Source of the DNA: Podarcis vaucheri
Taxonomy: Eukaryota
NCBI GenBank assembly: GCA_965113315.1
Contig: OZ220369.1
DNA: 64,000 nt
Strand: one strand, 5' to 3'
The notes under the pieces: model-generated
Told to the model about the DNA's origin: nothing
The model's database searches: none
Seen by the model: only the letters and a program-made list of their open reading frames with translations
Part shown: positions 12,132 to 24,932 of the stretch, piece after piece
Layout of the letters: each line of letters opens with the position of its first letter
How positions within the stretch are numbered: the stretch's first letter is position 1
Position numbers and translations under genes: made by a program

Positions 12132-15100
12132 TATTTCCAAATTGTGATAAGTGTGCTTGAGGAGGGGGTAACTTAGGAGAGGAAGGTGAGGCCAAGGAGT
12201 TGTGGGGGTTCTCAGGAATGGGGTGGGAATACTGGCTAATGGCTCCTTGGTTCCGTAACCCTCCTAGTAAGTTCCAAGTCAGCAAATGCAGACTGAAATC
12301 CCATATACTTCACCTCTGTATTCTAATAACAGCCATAAAGATACGCAACAGAAACCACATACAAGTTAAAAATGTGAGATATCGGCTAACTATTACAGAA
12401 AGATGTTTTCTTAAATTGCTCGCATAAGCCTGGCTGCACCGAACAGTTTTCAGCAAACGTTGAAAGGTTAAAACAGACCACACACGCTAAATCTTGTTGT
12501 TCCACAGGCCTAGGCAGATGACACTAAAGGTTCAGTTTTGTGGCACTGTCAAATGTGCCCAATGAACCCAGGGAATGACCTTGGATCCTCCTGCAGATGA
12601 TCTCAGTGATCAAGTTGGGATAAAAGGGTTCAGGCGATCCCTAGGTGCCCTGGACCCAAGTTGTTCAGGACTTTGTAAATAGCAAACACAACCCCAATTT
12701 CCCAGCATTTGAGTCCCTTCCAAATAAATAAAACAAGGGCTTCCAGGAGCTGAATTATGCACCCAATTGCCACATCCCATCCTTGCAGGATAACGGTATG
12801 TTGAAAAAAAACAAAACACACCTTTCTCTAAAGTGGGATACAATTACACTGCAATGTGTGAACATGACAATCTAGTACCACACAGATACGCTTCTGAAGC
12901 TGGCCTGGAGATCCCTGTTGCATGCCTATGTCATCATCAACCATGGAAGCCTGTTGCTAGGCAGACTCAAACTTTTAAAATAAAATAAGTAACTACGGCT
13001 AAAGGATGCTGCTAGTCTGGGGGCCAAACGCTGTAAATGTGTGGAGAGTTTACAAAACGCTTAAAATAATAGGGTTGCCCACCTCTCCGAAAAAATGCAA
13101 CCATGCCAACAAAGTCTATTTTTGTCCCTGCTCAACAGTACAGTTTTTGACGACGCCCCTTTAACGCAAACACCACTAGTATTTTGTTTGGAAGGTAAAA
13201 TGCGGCCTCTACTGTTCCAATCCATGTTTAAAACCCAGTCTGAAAGCATCTAGATGAGCCCCATGCTCTTCAGATGCTTTTGACTACAACTCCCATCAGC
13301 CCCAAAAGTATCTGGGGGGTGTACCAGGCTGAGAAAGACAGGTTTGAGGGGGAGGGGTCAAAGGACAGTAGTAGGGGATGAAGCTGACTGGGAAAAAGCA
13401 AGAGACCCTTTTATTCCAATGCGTTCATAGCCAGAGAGGCAAAATGGAAGATGCCACACAGCAGGAAAGCAACTCAAAGAGAAATTACGGGATAGCAGGA
13501 GACATTTGGGACATATCCCACCCAGCAAAGCAATCAAAGTTAGCAATGGGTCTGGGGTTTCATGGCCCCTGTCCAACCTTGCCAACTGCAGAGGACCGCA
13601 GATGCCAGTCTGAAAATAAATTCTTAGAAAAGGTAGCACATGTTCATTGTATACATACATATGTATATGTGACTATATATACACACACAGAGAGAGAGAG
13701 AGAGATGCAAATTTTGGCCAACTTTCAAAAGGAGTGAGGACATCCCCAAATTTTGTCTCTTGCTGCAATGGTTTACTGTGGAGTGCCAACAGGAATTGTG
13801 GGCCCCCGACTTTAATTTGTTCTGGAAAACTAAGAAAACGCCTGCTGCCCTTTAAACAAAGATTTCTTTAAAGGTTTTTTTTAAAATAAATAAATGGGAG
13901 AAGGACAGCAGATTCTGGGGAGCCAGGTCACCCTGTCAAATTGCCTTCCCAGAGACCATCAATTTAGTCGTTTTATAGCTAGCAAAATACGGTAACTCTT
14001 CTAGGACAGAGGTGGTGGGCAGGCTACAGGCTTGCAGACTCTGATTTGTTCTTTGCTAGAATCTTGAGGGCTAGCAACCGGAGTCAGGTAGAAAAAAATA
14101 ATAAACTGCTGCCATATTTTGAAAAGCAAAAAAGAGGACACATTTGCCAACTTCTACTTTTAACTATGGATTGCTATGACGAAGTTTACACACCCATGAA
14201 AAAGAGGCCATATCCCGGAAAAAGAGGACATAGGGTAACATATAGCCTAAAACGTAAGGAATAAAGGTGCCCAGCGCAGGAATTTGTGATCCAAGCTCAC
14301 AAGTCCTTTCATCAAGTGAAGTGCAGTGGAAAAGTTCCCCAAGCACAACATTTATGAGTTTATTTATTTAGCCGGATTTATATACTGCTTGGTCATCGAA
14401 ACTTCTAAGCTGTTTACATTAAAATTCCAATTTCTAAGCTCAGTTAGGAACAATTGCAAATATAATATTAGACAAGCATGTCAGTTTCAACACATTTAGC
14501 TTTGTTTACTAAACACAAGCAAACCAGACCTGCTAAATTCAATCCCTGCCTAAGGCTGGGCATCAGAACATTTCCGCTGCAAAGTTATCTATGGATTCTA
14601 CTATTCTATCCGAGGCAAAATAAATAAATAATAAATAAAATACTCTCCTTTGCACAGGAAAACGTTCCAATTCCAAATTCTCCGCGGCAAAATGGAAAGA
14701 ATAATAATCCAATGCAAGTTGCTGTCATTCGCATAAAAAGCATTTCCGGAAATGTTTTTCCAGTTCAAAACCTTCCAAGAAAGTCTCACCTTCTACACGA
14801 AACCCACTATTTTTCAGTAGCCTAATTTAGGAGGTAGATAGCATGTGACCTGGCAGACCGACAGAGCGACATGGGGGCGGGGCGGGGTGAGATCTACAGC
14901 ATCCTCTGATCTGAAGCAAGCAAGACCTAGCAATCATCTGGTTAAGTCCTGCCTTGAGGACCCTTACAGCCAAGGGGCCTCACAGTCAGGTCAGCAGATA
15001 TACACACACATAAAGAAAGATGCAATACAAACCCATTTTAGCTCAGGCACTATGACCAGGCCTGGCACTAAAGCCCAGCACCCTTGGGCAGCTACTATGC

Positions 15101-15394
15101 CTCTCCTGCTCTCATAGGGCTGATTGCTCTCGCCCACTTTGCAGGAATTTTTTTATCGGGGCAAAGGAATTCAGCACTGAGTTTGGCAGTTTCCCACTCC
15201 AAAAATGAAGTGTGTCCGTACGACAATTTTATTACTGATCATTTACTTAAATCATTTCTGTCCATCTCTTCAGCCCCCAAAAGCTCTGAGAGTGACTTCA
15301 CAAATGCAAAGCAATGTGTGCTCCATACTTAGAGCACTGCATTGCATGCAAGAGCCCTCAGGTTCAATCCCTGGTATTGGCAACCCCAGATCTA

Positions 15395-15731
15395 CTTGGT
15401 GCCTCGCAAGACGAAATTAATCCGTTCCGCAAGTCTCTTTGTCTAGCAGTTTTTTCGTCTTGCGAAGCAACCCTATTGGCGGCTTAGCGCTATTAGCAGT
15501 TTAGCGGCTATTAAAGGCTTAGCGGCTATTAAAGGATTAGCGGCTAAAAGGCTATTAGCGGCTTAGAAAAAGGGGGGGAGCGAAAAAAAATCGGAACACT
15601 TGCAAGACGTTTTCGTCTTGCAAAGCAAGCCCATAGGGAAAATCGTCTTGCGAAGCAGCTCAAAAACGGAAAACCCTTTCATCTAGCGGGTTTTCCGTCT
15701 TGCGAGGCATTCGTCTTGCGGGGCACCACTG
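15395..15731. mobile_element. Tigger-like MITE family B with internal (TTAGCGGC)-type tandem repeats
   Basis: TGGTGCCTCGCAAGACGAA...TTCGTCTTGCGGGGCACCACTG|TA; homologous to 24607-24932. Confidence 0.85.
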
Positions 15732-17802
15732 TATTAATCAAAATTTTTTACTGCCGTGTACTGGGAGACTGAACGCAGACCTGTTTGAGATCTTGACCTC
15801 CCAACTCTAAGGCTTAATACTGATGGACAAACCGGCAATCTATGTCCGAAAGAGTCGATCAGGTGGGGAAGCCACTACTTTTCAATAAACCTTGCATGCT
15901 TTTATTTTATATGCAATGTCGATAAAAAGTGGTTACAGGCCTCCGAGGACACACGGCAACTTGTGGAATGATACCTTTGTTTAAAAATGGAAATGACCTA
16001 TAAGTGAAATGTAATTCAACAGACATTTGGTGCTTCTGTGCAAGGTGGGTAGTATTGTTGAATTTCAATAAGTGAGAACAGCTGGGAAAATAATCCACAA
16101 TTTAATTTATTTATTTTTAAAAAGTGGGAGGGCTCAAACTGGGGACGAGATTGCCACTCACCCAGGTTCTAATCTTCCATGCTAACATCTACTAGCCACA
16201 ATAACTGCACATAACCTCTAATTTGCGGAAATGTCCTTTAGAGGAAGGGCAGTAGATCAATGGTGGAACATCTGCAAAGGGCCCCCGGTCTCGTCCCCAA
16301 GAGCATCTCCAGGTAAGGTATGAGAATGACCCCTGCCTGACACCTTGGAGAGCTACTTGCCAAGTCAGTGCGGACCATACTGAGCTAGGATGGACCGGTG
16401 ATCTGACTTCCACATAAGACATCTTCCTATGTTCTACATTCCAATGCAGTTACACCTCTCGAATACCAAGATACTTTGGGAAGAAACTATCCCCTTCCTA
16501 CTCTGCTTGAGATCTCCTAGAAAGGCACCTCGCTTTGCCACCACGGGAAACAGAATCCCGATGGATTCCCAATCTCGGTTCCCCCTTGAGGTGTCCTGCA
16601 TCCCAGCTCCCATCAGCCCCTTGTCAGTGTGGCCACCACTGAGGAACAATGGGAGCTGCAGACCCAAAAGATCTGCAGGGTAGCGGAAATGCTGGACAAG
16701 TGAGCTCCTGGTCTCAGCTGGCAATGCAACAGCATATCTGCCAGGACTAAGGAAGGTATTTTCGGCCCACAAGGCCAGGGGCCAAATGCCAGGGTGGGCA
16801 GAGGGAAAAGAAGGCCAGACAACACGTGCAATGCTTACATTTTAGCCATGCAAAAAGCTGCAAGTTTCTTCGTAGCCCATCTCTCTGTCCAGGCAAGCAC
16901 AGAGGCCGTTAGCAGCGTCCCTGCCAGGCAAAAACACTTTGGAAGGGCATGAAACAGGGCACAGGGAGAGTCCTGGGGGGCAGATCAAGAGGTGTGGAGG
17001 GCCACATTTGGCCCATGGGCTGGACTGAGAGGAAGGACTGCTTTTGGGGGCCTGTTATACCAGGGAGAGGAGTCGTTTTCAAGGTTCACGCAGCCAGGGC
17101 AGGTCAGGGCCCCGCTGCAGCTCTGCAAAAAGGGAAGACATTAGCAGCGCCGTGGTTCGTACTCACAGGCTGGCCTCGGAAGCCCGGTGGCCGCAGCTGC
17201 CCGAGGAGACGTGAAGATGGTGCTCCAGGCTGGCGGGCGGCAGACGGTCCCCCGCTGGTGCAGGCAGGTACGAGCACCAGTGCCCAGGGCTGGCCTGGGG
17301 GTTTCACAGGCCTTCGCCAGCTCCTACCCAACTGTTGTTAAAACAAGCTAGGGCCCCATGTGGGACTGCTCTGCTTTTGAGGCCCCCTCTGTCTCGCCTT
17401 GCTGAAATAAAGAGAAATAAATAAGATGTTTTGTTTTCCCCCCACGCAGAAATGGCAGGTTCGCCGATGGGAAGGGATGCACTGGCAAACACTGCCCAAC
17501 CCCTGGAGAGAGAACCAAGCTGAGCTTTTGAGCTGCGGCTGGTCCTGTAAGCCCCACATAGCTCAATGGAACCTCCAAGTCCAGGGGCCTCTCAAGCCCT
17601 GGGGAGCAGCAAATCGTGGAGGGGAATTCCATTTGGGACCACTCAGTACGGGCTATTTGCACCACCTTTCTCTAGTTTTGCAACTGAGTTGTTTTGACTG
17701 CAGGAAAAGACTTGATTGAAAATAGCGCTTGTGTGTATAGAACTGATGAAGAAAAAATGAATGGCGAAGGAGCCCACAGTCTTGGGTAGTGCCAATTTGA
17801 AA

Positions 17803-18035
17803 GGCAATGTGGTGTAGTGGTTAGAGGTCTGAGTGAAGGACTACGACCTGGGACAGACCAGGGTTCAAATTCCTCCACTTAGCCATGAAGCTCAACTTGG
17901 GGTCCTGTCACTGTCTCTCAGCCCAAGTTACCTCACAGGGTTGTGGGGTAAAGGCAAATAATTTTTTTTGTGGGGGAGGGAGAACTGTGTATGCCAGTTC
18001 AAGCTGCTTAGAGAAACAGTGAGATATAAAACAAT
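17803..18035 (+). mobile_element. tRNA-derived SINE (Squam3-like)
   Basis: Box A TGGTGTAGTGGTTAGA, box B GGTTCAAATTCC, body AGCCATGAAGCTCA...CCTCACAGGGTTGT. Confidence 0.75.
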
Positions 18036-18036
18036 A

Positions 18037-18253
18037 CAGTGGTACCTTGGGTTACATACGCTTCAGGTTACAGACTCCGCTAACCCGGAAATATTACCTC
18101 GGGTTAAGAACTTTGCTTCAGAATGAGAACAAAAATTGTGCAGCAACGGCAGCGGAGGCCCCATTAGCTAAAGTGGTGCTTCAGGTTAAGAACAGTTTCA
18201 GGTTAAGAACGGACCTCCGGAACGAATTAAGTACATAACCAGAGGTACCACTG
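18037..18253. mobile_element. Tigger-like MITE family A inserted in the tail of a SINE
   Basis: TA|CAGTGGTACCTTGGGTTA...GAGGTACCACTG|TA. Confidence 0.85.
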
Positions 18254-21200
18254 TATATAAATAAAACTTGGAGCTGGCACCTGGAATGGCAGGGCATCAG
18301 AAAAAATTATTGCTCAAAAATTTAAAAGACTAAGCACAAGATTGGAGAGCAACTGGAGAGGAAAAGCAGTGTGGGGGTGGCGCTTCTAAAAGGATTAAGT
18401 AACAAATTAAGCTCTCCTGTCACCTCTCTTGTAAAAGGGAGCCAATCCCTAGAGATTGAGCCTTGGCCTGGAACTACAAATGCTGCCAAACTTAGCTGTG
18501 GATGGCAGCCCTGGGCTGTATCCAACCAAATCCTACTTAGAAGGATTTCAATGAACCTAGGGCAGGAATGTCCATTCATTTCAGCGTGTCTACTCTGAGT
18601 AGGACTATCACTGGCTCTCCCACATTCCAGCGTGCTATATCATGTGTATTCATCAGGCTGCCAGTCTCAGAGGCCCCCCCAATACAATGTCAGAATAGGG
18701 TAACCAAAAGCATCAAAGGGAGATGGAGCGACTCCCCCATGAAGAAATGCTGTAGCACTTGGGACTTTTTAGGTTACAGAAAAGGCGAGTGAGAGGCAGG
18801 ACGATATTGTATTTTAGTGTTCTGTTGGAAGCTGCCCAGAGTGGCTGGGTAAACCCAGTCACATGGGCGGGGAATTAATAATAATAATAATAATTAATAA
18901 TAATAATAATACATTTATAAAATTAAATGTGGCATGGAGAGAGTGGATAGGGATTGGCCTGATCCAGCAGGCTCTTCTTAAGTTTGGATAATGCCGAAGC
19001 CGGCGCAACAGAGAATGTGCATCCTCAAAACATGTCAGAAATTTTTCTGCAACAAACTGGTGCTGCAGTTGCACACAAGTCTAGCCAACAGGTGCCCCAA
19101 CAGGAAACCTGGAAGCAGGACCCAAGCACAAGAGCGCTCTTCCCTCCTGTATTCCGTGAACCTGCTGGATCAGGCCAATGGCCCATCTAGTCCAGCCTCC
19201 TGTTCTTACAGATGGCCCATTGGGAAGCTGGACATGAGTGAAACAGCACTCTGTCCCTCTGTGATTTCTAGAAACTGGTATTCAGAGGCATGCTGCCTCC
19301 GACTATGAATGCACAGCTTAGCCTTTCTGGCTAATAGGGTTGTTACTAATGAAAATGAACCCTAAACATTCAAGGAGGGGGGGGAAACACACACAGGGCT
19401 ACAGTCCCAAGCTAGTGAAGCCCAGATTCTGGACTCTGCTTCTGGATCACTTGTACTGCATCAGGCATTCAAATAGCCACTGGCCTGGTAAAAATCAGCT
19501 CCATTTGGAGGAAACTTACAAAAACTGTTTTCTACTATCTCCTTTCCTTTCTTCTTAAAATTATATTGAATATACAACTCAAAGAGAGAATGAGCATAAT
19601 GCAAACACAAGAAAATCTACCATTTGAGATCCGAAGTTGCATGAATCTATTTTCACCAATTCGATGAACAGTTTGTCAAGGTTATGGAAACTGCCGAATT
19701 GTAAACCCTGCAAAATAAATTATTTCTAAGGATAGAAAGGTTTTCCCTCTTCCAGCAGAAGCAAAGCTTTACTTTACCAGTGCCATATCATCCTAGTCCA
19801 CAAGGAGCCCCCTAGAACCTAATGCAACATCTGGAATGTTCAACCAGCTAGCAGGTCTTTTCCTTCTAGCTACAAATCACTGAGATAGATAGGTCTGGGC
19901 ACGTGCGTGAGTCATTTTTAAGGTCTCAAACTGCACAGCTGCCTTCGGTTCCAGATGTTGGCACAGATCCAACCTGCCTGTAATAACATCTCCATCCATC
20001 AGCATCTTCCTATTCTTTGAGATCTGCTGGTGTCCCCGCTTTGCATGATTTAAAACCAGGTGGGGTTCAAGCAGAGCTCTCTTGGTGGTGGCACCACAGC
20101 TGCGGAACCTGCTTCCCAGGGAGGCCACACACAGCTTCCACCGCATCTGAGGCTGCACCTTTGTAACTCCCTCCCAGTAGAGCTGTGCTGGGAGGCAACT
20201 CTCCAAGCTTTATGGAAGCTCCTTCATTGGCTTTCCCCTGAATGATATTCTGTCCCACTGACTGGATGGAGGCTGGACTATGGTGGTGCTATCTGTGTTC
20301 TGAGTCTGCTCTTATTTTCCTTCTGTTTTATTCTTAGGATTCCTTCCTGGTTTCAGTTACGCTAATTTTTCTTTTTATTTGTCTTTATTGTGATGAGATG
20401 CTTCAGGTGGTCTTCCCCCAGAGAAGGAACATATATTTAAAAATAAATAAATGCAAATAAATAAATAAAGCAAGCATCCGCATTCTAAACTGCACGGGGC
20501 TTTAAATTTTAGCGTGCACACCTTGAGTTTGGTGGCATATTGGCAGCCAGGTAGAACTCCTTTAGAACTGGTGTGATACGTCCCTGGCAAGCAGACCTGC
20601 TTAACAACCTATCTGCTGATTTTTGCCCTGGCTGCAGCTTCCGAGCCAAGCAGACAGCATTGCAAAAGTCCAACTTTGCAGTTCCCAGAGAATGGAGCAA
20701 GTAGTTAAACAATGGCATGTGCTGCCCGAGCTGCGTCACCAATTTAGGCGGCTTCAAAGGCGTGGAGGCAGGTTTCAGAGAAATTAAGGGAGGGGGAAAA
20801 AGGCTGTCAATGGTGACTGTAAGCTTCCAGCAGGAGCAGCCTATCTGATCCACCAGAATTAGGAGAATTACTCTGAAAGGCCCACAAGCCACCTCAGTTT
20901 ACCCTGCTGAGGAACAGGTGGGCGAGCCTGGCGTAAAAATAGCTGATGAGGCACTAGGTGGCAAAATGTATGTTCGCAGGGAATGCCAAAAGGCAGCCTA
21001 TGGGTTGTTCCCTAGAGACTTCCTGTGCTCTCTTCTGAACCCTTCCAGTGACTTGGGCTTGATAGGGAAGCCCATCAGTCGGTTGCTAAGCAACCACTCC
21101 GTCTGTTAACTCACCCTAGGCCAAAGATGAGGAACCTGAAGCACTCCAGATCCCATCACCTCTAGCCGTTGGTCCTGCCCTCTGGCGCTGATGGCAGCTG

Positions 21201-23444
21201 GAGGCCTACCACATCTGGAAGAAGCCCTCACAGGCTCCCACCTCTGTGTCAGGCTGCTGAGGTGGCTGCCTCAGGCAAATCGGCTGGGATGTCAAGTAGT
21301 CAGCCCTTTGATTAATTAATTGCTGCCAGAGACAGGATTTCTGGGATTTTTCTGCCAGGTGTCTAAATAAACTCAATCTGCTCTGGGTACAAAGCACTTT
21401 GGGTGATGCCATAACTCAGAGTAGGCCCACTGCAATCGGGGAACTTTAGGTCACATCCACACCATTCCTTTAAAGCATAAGGATGCCACTTTGACCAATT
21501 CCTGGAGTTCCCTGGGAAGGACTGTTAAACCACAACCACAAAATAACCTGCAACCATAAAAATAAGATGGGTCCTAAAAATATTTGGTTTGCTTGAACAA
21601 TGACTTATGGCCATTACAGAAGAGATGTGAAAGGCCCTCTCTCTTTTCCTTCCTACTATATGGCACCCCAAATATCCTCATGTCACCCCATCTATTTCTT
21701 CATCCTTCCAATTAAATGTCACTTTGCTGCATGATGCGCTGAAGAGGCCAACTTCTTTTCATTCCAAGCCTTGAAATGAACCCTGAAAAGCAGCTTGCCT
21801 CTTCAGCATGTGCCAGGAAAATCGCAATAGGACCCATGGTTTCTAGGAAGGCCTTAGAGCCTACCAGAAACTGCACAGTGGGCCACTTTTAGCCCCAAAC
21901 CCAACATTTTAAGAGAAACTACTCATTAGCAGGGAAACAACAGGGTTCCCAAACTTATATCCCCCCCCCAAAAAATTTTAATGCATGGGTAGGCAAGATT
22001 TACTGAATGGGAGATGGGTGCTTAACTCAGATGTTGAGAAAGTTGATGCAAGTCTTAAATCTGCTTTTAGTCTTGTTATTTCAACTTTCTGAATATCTTA
22101 AATTCTTGCCACCAGTTTGTTTTTTTTAGTGATAATTTTATTCTTTCATCTTTTCTGTAAACTGCTTTGAGGTTTTTCTAAAACAAAATTGAGCAGCTGA
22201 ATATCAGATACTAGAGACTAGCAACATTTAACTATTCTTCCCTGGTCTGTATGATTTATGCCGGAATAACTTGCAGCTAACTAAACGTTTGAGCTGGAAA
22301 TATGACCCTGCAATTATTATTATTCATTTATTGTTTTGTTTATTGTTTATTAATTTACTGTTTGTTTATTATTTATTAATTGAATTGAGTTGATTATTTA
22401 TTTATTAAATTGAGTTGCCAAAGGCAACTCAAAGCAACTTCCAACCAAATAAACAAACAAAACCCCACAGATACATTAAAACCAAAACAAACAAACAAAT
22501 TAAACTAATACATTAAAAATACATTTAAAAACATTCTCCCACACTCTAAAAGGCCAGACTTATAGAAGACCGAAGGCCTGGCTAAAGAGGAAAGTTTTTG
22601 CCTGTTGCCTAATTTATGTAACAAGAGCCTCCCCAGGGAGAGTATTCCTCAAATGAGGAGCCACCACCGAAAAGGCCCCTTCTCGTGTTGCCACTACCCG
22701 GATCTCCCATGGAAGGGCCACACGAAAGAGGGGGCTCAGATGACGTATGCAAGACCTGGTTTGGTTCATGTGGAAAGAGGTTGTCCTTAAGCTTCTTAAC
22801 TGCTCCCAATCCTGCTCCTTAATTCTACAGCTGAGAATTAGCTGCTTTTGAATCTGTACACCAGGGATGGGGAGCCTGAATGCCTTCTGCATGTGCCTCC
22901 CTGGACTCCCAACTCCAATCAGTCCAGTCAGCAATGGCCAGTGAGCTGCAGAAGAGGCACCCTACAGCAAGCCAACACCTAAACCTCAGCCCCAACCGCA
23001 ATACAGAGAGGATAATACCAGCCAGCCTTACAGGGCATTCATGTACCTAAAACTCCAGTATGCTGCAAACCCGCTAAGCATCATCATCACATTATTATCT
23101 CTATATATTGGGAGAGGGGCTCAAGCTTCAAACTTCATGAAAAGCAACGAAGTGGTTTGTTTTGAAACCAGCCCATAGCTACGCTCCCAAGGAGAGCGCA
23201 TCAACGCAGACAGTTGTGTGGATCTGCGACATAGAATATTAGATGGGCGACAGGTGAGCCTGTTGGAATTTGGCTTCAGCAAGGCGGGCGAACAGATGCG
23301 GACCTGGGATCACAACCTTGATCAGCCAGGCAGCACAACTGCAATGCTACACAGAATTATACCCATGAAACTTCCATGAACTCAGAGGAGCTCACTTCGG
23401 ACCACATTGCTCTAACTTGTAGGAGGACACATTTGAGGACAAGC

Positions 23445-23805
23445 CCACCGGAAGCTGGAACTACATCGCTGGAAGGAACCACAAAGGTCATCTAGGCCAA
23501 ACTCCTGCAATGCAGGAATCACAGCTGAAGAATCCCTGACTGAAGGTCACCCAACTTTGGCTTAAGAACTTCAAATGAAGGCGAGTCCACCACTTTCTGA
23601 GGGAGTCTGTTCTGCTTGTTGAACACACCAGAAAGTTCTTCCTCATGTTTAGTCAGAATCTCCTTTCTCGTCATTTGAATCGACTGGTTTGGTTCCCACC
23701 CTCTGGGGCAGCAGAAAACAATACTGCTCCATTTTTGATGTGACAGCCCTTCAGAGATTTGAAGATGACCATCATATCACCTGTCGGTCTTCTCCAGGCT
23801 AAATA
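23445..23805 (-). mobile_element. CR1 LINE 3' fragment
   Basis: CAGCCCTTCAGAGATTTGAAGATGACCATCATATCACC, GAGTCCACCAC, AGAAAGTTCTTCCT on the + strand; similar piece at ~37845-38030. Confidence 0.75.
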
Positions 23806-24606
23806 TGCGTTCTTTAACGTCTAAACAGAAATGCAAACCATCTCCCAAGGTCTTGCCATTTAAACTGCGACCATGAATTAGGAGCATGGGAACCGGCGTA
23901 TATATGGAGCCAGACAACTGGTTCACTTGGCTTAGTGTCTACACCAATTTCCAGTCGCTCTCCAGGATTTGAGGCAGGCGACAATCACAGCCCAATTTAG
24001 GGACGCCATTTGGGGACTGAACCCAGGGGCTTCTGCATAAAAAAGCAGATGCTCTACCTTTTGAGTATCTCCTCCATTATTTTCCTTATTCTTCCACCAG
24101 CTCTACACCAGCCTTCTCCAATCTGCTGCCCACCATATATTGTTGAACTCTTGCCACCACCAGCCAGCATGGCCAAATGGTCAGGGATGACAGGTACTGT
24201 GGCCCCAGATTTTTCAAAGGCTGGCACAGACTGGTCTATAGTAATTGGTAGTAAAACTTGAAAGCCTCATTATCATCTCATCTATCTGCCAGAACCAGGA
24301 GGGTTCATCTGTTAACCCTGGCACTCCAGCAGACATCAGCGCTCTGAGGAAAAAAAGCCCAGAGCTGAGTTCTTCCCACTATTCCTGCTCCACTAAATAT
24401 ATGATCAAAGGGAGATCATCTGCTGATCCACCTTGTATGAGCAGCAAGGGAACCATGCAAGTGTCACATGCAGCTTTAAAAACTCAAGATATAGTATCTA
24501 ATCGCCAATGGCATCTTAAACCTAGGTTATGGTCATCACAACAGAATGTCCAGGCACCATTTTTCTCCATTGATGTTTGTGGTTGTTGTTATAATTATTA
24601 TTATTA

Positions 24607-24932
24607 CAGTGGTGCCTCGCAAGACGAAAAGAATCTGTTCTGTGATTCTCTTCGTCTAGCGGTTTTTTCGTCTTGCGAAGCAAGCCCATTGACAGATTAG
24701 CGGATTAGCGCTATTAGCGGCTTATCTGCTGATCGGATCAGCTGATAAGCGGCTTAGCGGCTTAGAAAAAGGGGGGGGGAGGAAAAAACCCCAGCAGGAA
24801 CTCGCAAGACATTGTCGTCTTGCGAAGCAAGCCCATAGGAAATTCGTTTTGCGAAGCACCTCCAAAACAGAAAACTCTTTCGTCTAGCAAGTTTTCCGTC
24901 TTGCGAGGCATTCGTCTTTCAGGGCACCACTG
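24607..24932. mobile_element. Tigger-like MITE family B
   Basis: TA|CAGTGGTGCCTCGCAAGACGAA...GGGCACCACTG|TA. Confidence 0.85.

Noticed and set aside
15478-15566. Short repeats with variable spacers, superficially CRISPR-like
   Set aside because: Units are ~8-20 bp, lie inside a eukaryotic MITE, and there are no cas genes.
16225-16260. Minus-strand peptide PSSKGHFR resembling the human ZNF362 N-terminal PSGKGHSR
   Set aside because: Sits at the edge of a SINE-like repeat, with no suitable ATG or phase-2 donor; judged coincidental.
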